Origin: Candidatus Cloacimonadales bacterium | Lineage (GTDB): Bacteria > Cloacimonadota > Cloacimonadia > Cloacimonadales > JAIOQZ01 | Reading direction: 5' to 3' | Assembly: GCA_963665815.1 (NCBI GenBank) | Contig: OY762463.1 | Location: 1,088,001-1,152,000 of the forward strand | DNA length: 64,000 nt | Part shown: positions 56,404 to 64,000 of the stretch, piece by piece | Layout of the letters: every line of letters starts with the position of its first letter | How positions within the stretch are numbered: the stretch's first letter is position 1 | Program-made: the position numbers and the translations under genes | Notes under the pieces: generated by a model | What the model was told of the DNA's origin: nothing | Database searches by the model: none | The model's input: only the letters and a program-made list of their open reading frames with translations

Positions 56404-58356
56404 ATGGCTAACAGTAAAAAAAAGGGACAAAAGGGAAACCTGTCCATCCACACAGAAAATATATTCCCCATAATTAAGAAGTGGCTGTATTCAGAGCATG
56501 ACATATTTTTAAGAGAGCTCATCGCCAATGCTATTGATGCTCTTAACAAGAGAAAAGCAATCGATCCTGATGTTCAGGAAGAAAACCTGAAAGTTGAGAT
56601 TAAAATAGATAAAGATAACAACACTATTCAGGTTAATGATACTGGTATCGGAATGACATCCGAAGAAGTGGAAAAATACATTAATCAGATTGCCTTTTCC
56701 GGAGCTGAAGATTTTGTTGAGAAATTCAAAGATAAGCAGTCAACAATTATCGGTCATTTCGGGCTGGGATTCTATTCTTCTTTCATGGTTGCTGAAAAAG
56801 TGACCATCAACACAAAATCATGGCAGAAAGATTCTGAGCCTGCATTCTGGGAATGTGACGGTTCAACAGAATATTCATTAAATAAAGGTGATAGAGAAGC
56901 TGTCGGAACAACTATCACACTGCATATCAACGAAGATAACAAAGAATACCTCGAAACTAACAAGCTTAAAGAGATCATCGAGAAGTTCTGTAACTTCATG
57001 CCTTATCCAATCGAACTGGACAGAGATGTTTCTTTTGAAGAAAACAGACTTGAAGAGGATAAGAAAGAAGATAAGATTACAGAAGAAGAATACAACCAGA
57101 AGAAAGCAAAACTTAAAGTAGTAAATCAGACTTTCGCATTATGGAATAAAAAACCTTCAGAAGTGACAGACGAAGAATATAAAGAATTCTACAAAGAATT
57201 ATTCCACGATTATCAGGATCCTCTTTTCTGGATTCATCTTAACGTTGATTATCCTTTCAACCTTAAAGGTATACTCTACTTCCCTAAAATCAAGAACGAA
57301 CTGGATATGCACCGAGGAAAAGTTCACTTATATTGCAACAATGTATTTGTTGCTGAAAACCTGAAAGACTTTATCCCTGAATTCCTGACACTACTCAGAG
57401 GTGGAATCGATATTCCGGATATCCCTCTTAACGTTTCAAGAAGTTTCCTGCAGCAGGATAAGCAAGTTAATAAGATAACCAAGTACATAATCAAAAAAGT
57501 AGCTGATCAGCTTAAGAGCCTTTTCAAGGATGACAGAGAAAAATTCGCTGAACTCTGGGAAGACATTCAGCAGTTCATCAAGTTCGGTATTCTTACAAAC
57601 GAAGATTTCTTTGATGCTGTAAAAGATATTATTATCTTCAAAAGCAGCACAGGAAAATGGGTTACTCTGGAAGAATACAAAGAGAACAATCCTGCTCCTG
57701 AAAAAGAAAAATCTGAAGATGAAAAAGATGACGCAGAAAAAATGCCTGATCCTTACAAAGTATATTACTCTCAAGGTGAAGACAGTCAGTTATCTTACCA
57801 AAAACTGATGATTGACCAAGGCTTTGAGATTCTTTTCTCAAACTCACCACTTGATTCTCACCTGTTCCAACAGCTTGAGCTCAAAAATCCGGGAACCATG
57901 TTTGTCAGAATCGACTCTGAAGTAAATGACAATCTGGTTGATACGGAAAACGCAGAAGTTGTAGATGCTGATAATAAAACCGAATCTGAAAAAATTATCG
58001 AAGTCTTCAAAGAAAGCCTTGATAACTCAGCACTTACTATAGAAGCGAAAATGCTTAAATCAGATTCAGTTGCGGCAATGATAGTCTTCAATGAGCACAT
58101 GAGAAGATTCCAGGAAATGAATCAGTTCATGAGCACAGGTGATATGGGATTCATGAATAACCACACTCTGATGCTTAACACAGGCAACAAATCACTAAAG
58201 AAAGTGCTTCAGCTTAAAGCGTTGAACAAAGACGAAGAAGTAAAAACACTTTGTGATTTTATTTACAAACTTGCACTGATCGAACAGAAGAAATTCACAG
58301 GTAAAGAATTACAGGATTTTGTTTCCGTAGCAAACAATGTCCTTAACATCATATAA
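56404..58356 (+). CDS. htpG: Hsp90 family chaperone HtpG
   Basis: NIFPIIKKWLYSEHDIFLRELIANAIDA, DTGIGM, IGHFGLGFYSSFMVA, IPLNVSRSFLQ. Confidence 0.97.
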   Translation: MANSKKKGQKGNLSIHTENIFPIIKKWLYSEHDIFLRELIANAIDALNKRKAIDPDVQEENLKVEIKIDKDNNTIQVNDTGIGMTSEEVEKYINQIAFSGAEDFVEKFKDKQSTIIGHFGLGFYSSFMVAEKVTINTKSWQKDSEPAFWECDGSTEYSLNKGDREAVGTTITLHINEDNKEYLETNKLKEIIEKFCNFMPYPIELDRDVSFEENRLEEDKKEDKITEEEYNQKKAKLKVVNQTFALWNKKPSEVTDEEYKEFYKELFHDYQDPLFWIHLNVDYPFNLKGILYFPKIKNELDMHRGKVHLYCNNVFVAENLKDFIPEFLTLLRGGIDIPDIPLNVSRSFLQQDKQVNKITKYIIKKVADQLKSLFKDDREKFAELWEDIQQFIKFGILTNEDFFDAVKDIIIFKSSTGKWVTLEEYKENNPAPEKEKSEDEKDDAEKMPDPYKVYYSQGEDSQLSYQKLMIDQGFEILFSNSPLDSHLFQQLELKNPGTMFVRIDSEVNDNLVDTENAEVVDADNKTESEKIIEVFKESLDNSALTIEAKMLKSDSVAAMIVFNEHMRRFQEMNQFMSTGDMGFMNNHTLMLNTGNKSLKKVLQLKALNKDEEVKTLCDFIYKLALIEQKKFTGKELQDFVSVANNVLNII

Positions 58357-58372
58357 AAGACTTATAAACCTG

Positions 58373-58400
58373 AAGGCTGCATTCATGCAGCCTTTTTTTT
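58373..58400 (+). terminator. Intrinsic terminator after htpG
   Basis: AAGGCTGCAT-TC-ATGCAGCCTT plus T tract. Confidence 0.8.
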
Positions 58401-58440
58401 ACTTGAACAGATCGAATATAGAACTGCAAAGAGAGATATT

Positions 58441-58797
58441 TTGAAAAAAGTTAGAGATGAACTGCTGGAATTTGTCAGAGAACGTGATTGGGAACAATTT
58501 CATTCACCTAAGAACCTGGCAATGGCAATGGCTGTTGAAGCTAGTGAAATACTGGAGATATTCCAATGGAAAACGGAAGAAGAAAGTAAAAACCTGAGTA
58601 AAGACGAAGTCAGACATCTGAGAGAAGAGGTTGCTGATGTCTTTCTTTATCTGGTTAATCTTGCATCCAAATATGATATTGATATAATCCAGGCTTCGCA
58701 CGATAAAATGGTATTGAACAGAGAGAAATATCCGGCTGACCTTGCAAGAGGTAAATCGGATAAATACGATGCCTACAAAAGAAATATTGACAATTAA
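58441..58797 (+). CDS. MazG-like nucleotide pyrophosphohydrolase (dCTP pyrophosphatase-like)
   Basis: FVRERDWEQFHSPKNLAMAMAVEASEILEIFQW...EEVADV...NREKYP; TTG start. Confidence 0.92.
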   Translation: MKKVRDELLEFVRERDWEQFHSPKNLAMAMAVEASEILEIFQWKTEEESKNLSKDEVRHLREEVADVFLYLVNLASKYDIDIIQASHDKMVLNREKYPADLARGKSDKYDAYKRNIDN

Positions 58798-58827
58798 ATA
58801 TTATTTACTGAGATTATTATTGAATTA

Positions 58828-59047
58828 GAGCTTTGCATAATAGCATAATCAATCAGCTTTGGATAAGTAATATCGATGAGATTTTTTTACATTCATCGAG
58901 ATACTTTCGGAGATGCTTACTTTGTGACAGAATTGGATGAATTCAAAAATCGAGACAACTCGTATGTTTTCTTTAGAAAATATGAAAGTATAAGTGTATT
59001 TTCATTAGAAAATGCTGAAACACTAATCCCGATTATGCAAGAGTCTC
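58828..59047 (+). repeat. Copy D (best-preserved ends) of the dispersed structured repeat
   Basis: TTAGAGCTTTGCATAAT...ATTATGCAAGAGTCTCTAA terminal inverted repeat; core shared with copies B and C. Confidence 0.8.
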
Positions 59048-59076
59048 TAAAATTATTTTGAATGTTAAGAGGATGT

Positions 59077-60141
59077 ATGGATTACGAATCAGCTACGCCC
59101 AAAGTGCTCATTATGGATGATGATGAGAATTTACTGGAAATTGTCAGTGATATTGTTGAACAACACACAGAATATGATATAAAAAAATGCTCAGTCCCGG
59201 AAAATTTCATGGATGTTGTTCTGGAGTTCATACCGGACGTAATACTTATGGATATAATAATGCCAAACTACTCAGGCTATGAGCTGGCTGAAAAAGTAAA
59301 ATCTAATGATAAAACAAAAGACATTCCCATTATTTTCATGACAGGTTTATCCAACGAGAACTCAGTTGTAAAAGCCTTTCATCTCGGTGGTATTGATTAC
59401 ATCACCAAGCCTTTCCGTGCCAGCGTTCTTATAGTTCGCCTTAATGCACATATAAAGCTTAAAAAAGCACAGGATGAGCTGAAATATAAAAATATGATGC
59501 TGAAAAACAGGGAACTCCACCTGGCAGAACTTGTTGATCAAAAAACAAGGCAGATCAGCCAGATAACCCTTGCAATGGTTTCTGCTCTGGAAGATGCAAA
59601 CTTCTATAATGATAATGATACAGGTAATCACATTAAAAGAGTAAGTGAATACTCAGTTCTTCTGGCAGAAAGTTACGGCTGTGACTCAGAGTTCAGCAAT
59701 AAGATCAAGCTTTACTCATCCCTGCACGATGTTGGTAAAATAGGAGTTCCATTCCATATTCTGAATAAACCGGGTAAACTTGTTCCCGAGGAGTTCGAAG
59801 AGATTAAGAACCACGTGATTATCGGATATAAAATGCTGAATTCTCCCGGTATCGACCAGATGGCAAAGAATATCATTCTATATCATCATGAAAAGTGGGA
59901 CGGTACAGGCTATCCTTACAAACTCAAAGGTGAAGATATACCTCTGGAAGCCAGAATTGTTTCTCTGGCAGATGTCTACGATGCCCTGATCCATACCCGT
60001 GTTTATAAAGAAGCATACACAAACGAAAGAACCGAGAAGATACTTAGAGACAACAGCGGCATCCATTTTGACCCGACGCTGATTGATGTCTTTTTCAATA
60101 ATATTGATAAAGTTAATGAGATCCGAAATAGATTGAGGTAG
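59077..60141 (+). CDS. Response regulator with HD-GYP c-di-GMP phosphodiesterase domain
   Basis: REC (DIIMP, KP); TGNHIKRV, LHDVGKIG, HHEKWDGTGYP, ADVYDAL; start at ATG 59077 after AGAGGA. Confidence 0.94.
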   Translation: MDYESATPKVLIMDDDENLLEIVSDIVEQHTEYDIKKCSVPENFMDVVLEFIPDVILMDIIMPNYSGYELAEKVKSNDKTKDIPIIFMTGLSNENSVVKAFHLGGIDYITKPFRASVLIVRLNAHIKLKKAQDELKYKNMMLKNRELHLAELVDQKTRQISQITLAMVSALEDANFYNDNDTGNHIKRVSEYSVLLAESYGCDSEFSNKIKLYSSLHDVGKIGVPFHILNKPGKLVPEEFEEIKNHVIIGYKMLNSPGIDQMAKNIILYHHEKWDGTGYPYKLKGEDIPLEARIVSLADVYDALIHTRVYKEAYTNERTEKILRDNSGIHFDPTLIDVFFNNIDKVNEIRNRLR

Positions 60142-60217
60142 TTGCTGAATAGCCGAATTTTAACCACAAAAAACAAGAAAGAACACGAATAGACAATTTT
60201 AACACAAACTATAGCAG

Positions 60218-60342
60218 CTCTACCGAACGCGTAGAGTCAACCGGACGGTTGACTCAAATTGTCCTAACCTTGATTTACAGGATTTCCGGTTTACTTGATT
60301 ACTTTGGCTAAAGCCCTTGCGTATGGTCTGAAGACCTACGCA
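60218..60342. repeat. REP-like palindrome cluster
   Basis: GTAG-led hairpin GAGTCAACCG-GA-CGGTTGACTC (60234-60255); second hairpin TGCGTATGGTCTGAAGACCTACGCA (60318-60342). Confidence 0.55.
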
Positions 60343-60533
60343 GATGGTGGACTTTATCCAGAGAATATTATAAAACGATACGGTAATTGATTCTATTCAA
60401 TCTTTAACTGATATACTAGACTTCATCCCATTCAATAGCCCCCATTTCCCCCATTCCCTCGAAAATGATTTGACACACAATTGCACAATTTACTGTATGG
60501 CTTAAATAAATTATCTCATTAAAGGAGTTGCAC

Positions 60534-61772
60534 ATGGCAAAGATTAAACCTTTTAAAGGTGTACGTCCGGCAGAAGACAAAGTTAAAGAAGTTGCATCAC
60601 CTCCATACGATGTAATGAATTCTGCTGAAGCAAGAGTAATGGCGAAAGACAAACCAATGAGTTTTCTTCACGTTGTTAAACCTGAAATTGATCTTCCTGA
60701 AGATATCAATATCTATGATGAAAAAGTATATCAGAAAGGACATGACAATCTTTATAACATGATTAAAGAAAACGTTCTCATTCAGGACAATAAAGACTGT
60801 TACTACCTTTACAAACAAGTTATGGGCGATCATTCTCAGATCGGTCTTGTAGCCGGTGCTTCAATTGAAGACTACGAAAACGATGTTATTAAAAAACACG
60901 AACATACAAGAGCTAATAAAGAAGCTGACAGAATCAAACACGTTGATACACTCAACGCTAACACAGGTCCTGTATTCCTTACTTACAAAGCTGTAGAAGA
61001 AATTGATACACTTGTAGCAAGAATCACAGCAGAAAAACCTGTATACGATTTCACATCAGATGATGATATTCAGCACGTATTCTGGGTTGTTGATGCAGAT
61101 GAAGATATCAATGAAATCTCCAGACTTTTCGGTGCAATCGATGTACTTTATGTTGCAGACGGTCACCACAGATCAGCTTCCGGTACAAAAGTCGGTCAGA
61201 AAAGAAGAGAAGCAAACGCCAACCACACCGGCGAAGAAGAATATAACTTCTTCCTTTCCGTTATCTTCCCTGACAATCAGATGTATATCATGGATTATAA
61301 CAGAGTTGTAAAAGATCTGAATAATCACACTAACGAAGAATACCTTGAGCTGATTTCTGAAAAGTTCGAAGTAAAGGAAGTCGGTAATGGCTTCAGCCCG
61401 ACTGAAATGCATACATTCGGTATGTACTTCAACGGTCAATGGTACAAACTTACAGCTAAAGACGGTACATTCCCTGAAAGCGATCCTGTGAAATCACTTG
61501 ATGTATCTATTCTTCAGGAAAACCTTCTGACTCCTGTTCTAGCAATCGGAAATCCTCGTACAGACGAAAGAATCGATTTCGTTGGTGGTATCAGAGGACT
61601 CGGCGAACTGGAAAAAAGAGTTAATAATGGTGAAGCTGTTGCATTCTCCATGTGCCCTACATCAATCAAACAATTAATGGATATTGCTGATGCAGGAGAA
61701 GTTATGCCTCCTAAATCAACCTGGTTTGAACCAAAATTAAGATCAGGTGTAATTGTCCACTTGTTAGACTAA
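60534..61772 (+). CDS. DUF1015 family protein
   Basis: IKPFKGVRP, SPPYDV, KKHEHT, YVADGHHR, MPPKSTWFEPKLRSG; AAGGAG RBS before ATG 60534. Confidence 0.92.
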   Translation: MAKIKPFKGVRPAEDKVKEVASPPYDVMNSAEARVMAKDKPMSFLHVVKPEIDLPEDINIYDEKVYQKGHDNLYNMIKENVLIQDNKDCYYLYKQVMGDHSQIGLVAGASIEDYENDVIKKHEHTRANKEADRIKHVDTLNANTGPVFLTYKAVEEIDTLVARITAEKPVYDFTSDDDIQHVFWVVDADEDINEISRLFGAIDVLYVADGHHRSASGTKVGQKRREANANHTGEEEYNFFLSVIFPDNQMYIMDYNRVVKDLNNHTNEEYLELISEKFEVKEVGNGFSPTEMHTFGMYFNGQWYKLTAKDGTFPESDPVKSLDVSILQENLLTPVLAIGNPRTDERIDFVGGIRGLGELEKRVNNGEAVAFSMCPTSIKQLMDIADAGEVMPPKSTWFEPKLRSGVIVHLLD

Positions 61773-61781
61773 TATTTTTTT

Positions 61782-61810
61782 ATGGGATTCCCGAAAGGGG
61801 ATCCCATTTT
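61782..61810 (+). terminator. Intrinsic terminator
   Basis: ATGGGATTCCC-GAAA-GGGGATCCCAT plus T run. Confidence 0.75.
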
Positions 61811-61857
61811 GCATCATAATAATTCCTTACTCAGGGACAATAAAAAACGGAGTTTAA

Positions 61858-62241
61858 ATGAAAATCGAAGTATCAACAGGTGAAGTAGTAGACAAAGTTT
61901 CTATTCTGGAAATCAAGCTGGAAAAATTCACCAACGAAGAAAAGAAGAAAAACGTAAAAAAAGAATATGAACTTCTCAAAGCTGATATGGAAGCTCAGGG
62001 AATAACAACAGATTCAGAAAACTATCTTGCTCTTAAAAAAGTTAATCTGCAGTTATGGGATATTGAAGATAACATCAGAATCAAAGAACACCGCAGTGAG
62101 TTTGATCAGAAATTCATCGAACTTGCCAGAAGTGTGTACTTTACAAATGATGTAAGAGCCGATATTAAAAAGAAAATCAACATGGAATTTAATTCTGATC
62201 TCGTAGAAGAGAAAGAATACGTAGATTACAAACAGGCTTAA
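61858..62241 (+). CDS. DUF6165 family protein
   Basis: EVSTGEVVDKVSILEIK...VNLQLWDIEDNIR...FIELARSVYFTND.R...EEKEY. Confidence 0.85.
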   Translation: MKIEVSTGEVVDKVSILEIKLEKFTNEEKKKNVKKEYELLKADMEAQGITTDSENYLALKKVNLQLWDIEDNIRIKEHRSEFDQKFIELARSVYFTNDVRADIKKKINMEFNSDLVEEKEYVDYKQA

Positions 62242-62253
62242 TATTAAACAGAA

Positions 62254-63255
62254 ATGACAGCTATAACAGATATATCAAAAATACTGATCATTCAGCTGCG
62301 ACCTTTCGGTGATGTTCTTCTTACAACATCTTACCTTTCAGCAATCAGAGAGAAATATCCTTCTGCTCAAATTGATTTCCTTGTTTCCAAGCCCTATGAC
62401 AGCATCCTGATCAATAATCCATACATTGACAATGTCATAAGTGTATCAAAGCATAAAGGTCTGAAGTACTTTTTCAGCAGATTAAAACTATTTGCTAAAG
62501 TCAGCAAAATGAATTATGATCTGGTTATAGATCAACAAAATGGAACAGGTACAGCTCAAATCTGTTTTCTCAGTGGAGCACCTTACAGGCTTGGCTATGA
62601 AGACAGCAAACACCGATATGCTCACAATCTCCATGCTTCGAGAGGTGAAAAACGGTATGCAGCAAGCAGAAAATTCGATATAATTTCACCGCTTGGAATT
62701 GAAGAAGAGAAGTATAACCTTTACTATTATATTTCACCGGACTCTGTCTCTTATGTCGATAACTGGTTTTCTAAAAATAACCTTAATTCAGATGTAATCT
62801 GTTTCTCTCCCGGATCTCCTGTTAAGAAAAAGCAGTGGGACTTGAGTTCTTATGCAGAATCTGCTGATATGATAATCAGGGATTTGAAGATACCTGTTGT
62901 TTTCCTCTGGGCCCCCAATGAACTGGATGATGTCAAAACCATTATGACTAAAATGAAGGAAAAAGCATTACTTGCACCTCCAACAAGCTTTAATCAGGCT
63001 GCTGCATTTCTTCAGAAAGTTTCTTTACTGGTTTGCAATGATGGCGGTTTGAATCATTTGTCAGTTGCTACACAAACTGCGGCACTGGCGATTTTCGGTA
63101 ATACAAATCCTGAATACTGGTCACCACAGGGTACTTTTGACAATCATTTTCATCTTTTCAATCCGGATTTTGAGAGAATGACAGACTCAACTTTTGGAAT
63201 TAAATCTGAAGAAGTAGTTAAAAAAGTTAAAACAATTTTGCAAAACATAAAATAG
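62254..63255 (+). CDS. Glycosyltransferase family 9 (LPS heptosyltransferase-like)
   Basis: ILIIQLRPFGDVLLTT, SPGS...KQW, CNDGGLNHLS, IFGNTNP. Confidence 0.92.
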   Translation: MTAITDISKILIIQLRPFGDVLLTTSYLSAIREKYPSAQIDFLVSKPYDSILINNPYIDNVISVSKHKGLKYFFSRLKLFAKVSKMNYDLVIDQQNGTGTAQICFLSGAPYRLGYEDSKHRYAHNLHASRGEKRYAASRKFDIISPLGIEEEKYNLYYYISPDSVSYVDNWFSKNNLNSDVICFSPGSPVKKKQWDLSSYAESADMIIRDLKIPVVFLWAPNELDDVKTIMTKMKEKALLAPPTSFNQAAAFLQKVSLLVCNDGGLNHLSVATQTAALAIFGNTNPEYWSPQGTFDNHFHLFNPDFERMTDSTFGIKSEEVVKKVKTILQNIK

Positions 63256-63288
63256 TAATAAATTATCTTAAAAAGATAAGAGACTAAG

Positions 63289-63975
63289 ATGAAAACAATA
63301 CTAATTATTGATGACAACAAAGATAATCGGATTCAGATAAGTGAAATCATCGACAAAATGGATGAGGACTACACAATACTTGAAGCTAATGATAGTAATT
63401 CAGCCTTAGAGATGCTAAACAGACAGAAAATTGATCTGGTTTTTATTGATATCATGCTTCCCGGAAAATCAGGTCCTATGCTCTGTGTAGTACTCAAAGA
63501 ACAGAGAAGATTTGTTCCGATAATTGCAATCTCTACTCATGATGATAATAAAATGATCAGAGAAAACATTTTAACAGCCGGAGCTGATGATATCATACGT
63601 AAACCGTTTATCGAAGAAGTTATCCAGATGCGTGTTCGATCTTATTTACGATTTAAAGAAAATAATGACAGGCTTATCGAAAAGGAAAAGCAGACTCTCG
63701 CCCTTACACTGGCAGTAACAGCCAGTCATGAAATTAATCAGCCCCTTATGATTCTCAAGGGGAATATAGATCTTCTCAAACTGAAGATAGACAAAAATGA
63801 ATATTCAAACTCTATTTCAAAATATCTTGATCATATTGATACAAGCATAAACCGTATTACAGAAATTCTGGCAAAATTCAATAATCTCAGGGATTCTAAT
63901 CTGATTTTTGATGAATATATTGAAGACTCTGCTGAGATGGTATTCATTTTAAAAAGTACAAAAGACAAATCCTGA
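63289..63975 (+). CDS. Response regulator fused to a HisKA domain, lacking HATPase
   Basis: REC (IDDN, DIMLP, KP), then ASHEINQPLMIL; the ORF ends without an ATP-binding domain. Confidence 0.85.
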   Translation: MKTILIIDDNKDNRIQISEIIDKMDEDYTILEANDSNSALEMLNRQKIDLVFIDIMLPGKSGPMLCVVLKEQRRFVPIIAISTHDDNKMIRENILTAGADDIIRKPFIEEVIQMRVRSYLRFKENNDRLIEKEKQTLALTLAVTASHEINQPLMILKGNIDLLKLKIDKNEYSNSISKYLDHIDTSINRITEILAKFNNLRDSNLIFDEYIEDSAEMVFILKSTKDKS

Positions 63976-64000
63976 TAATATCTGCTGAAAATATACTGAG

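Noticed and set aside
58876-59061. 61-aa ORF upstream of the HD-GYP gene
   Set aside because: It lies inside repeat copy D; the frame is not preserved in the other copies and there is no clear RBS.
1-64000. CRISPR arrays, tRNA/rRNA genes, prophage, transposase genes
   Set aside because: No regularly spaced repeats, cloverleaf or rRNA-like tracts, or phage/transposase motifs were recognised by eye; the other short ORFs in the track are shadows of longer genes.

Overview
AT-rich bacterial chromosomal window. The lineage is probably Cloacimonadota or a related FCB lineage, inferred from the repeated 'NYPNPFNP...YNIKGQKVKTL' FlgD-Ig/T9SS-like C-terminal domains. The left end holds housekeeping genes on the minus strand: dnaG (partial), mutS2, cvpA, rpsU, a TetR regulator, a PlpD-like patatin, an aminotransferase, hflX and a SpoVG-like gene. 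The middle is rich in surface and secreted proteins: two paralogous porins, a 2311-aa adhesin-like protein, an ankyrin lipoprotein, and a tandem array of four ~975-aa secreted paralogs that appear to have a domain inserted into a propeller. The right part has many signalling genes (kinases, kinase-like proteins lacking catalytic motifs, HD-GYP), plus psuG, htpG (with a CIRCE-like operator), DUF1015 and a GT9. The main non-coding finds are three. (1) A dispersed ~200-220 bp structured repeat with terminal inverted repeats, in three clear copies and one degenerate copy, each oriented with the gene downstream. (2) A 455-bp hairpin-rich MITE-like insertion flanked by a perfect 16-bp direct repeat. 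(3) A REP-like palindrome cluster. No rRNA, tRNA, CRISPR array, transposase or reverse transcriptase was recognised. All family calls come from motif recognition by eye, not from database searches.
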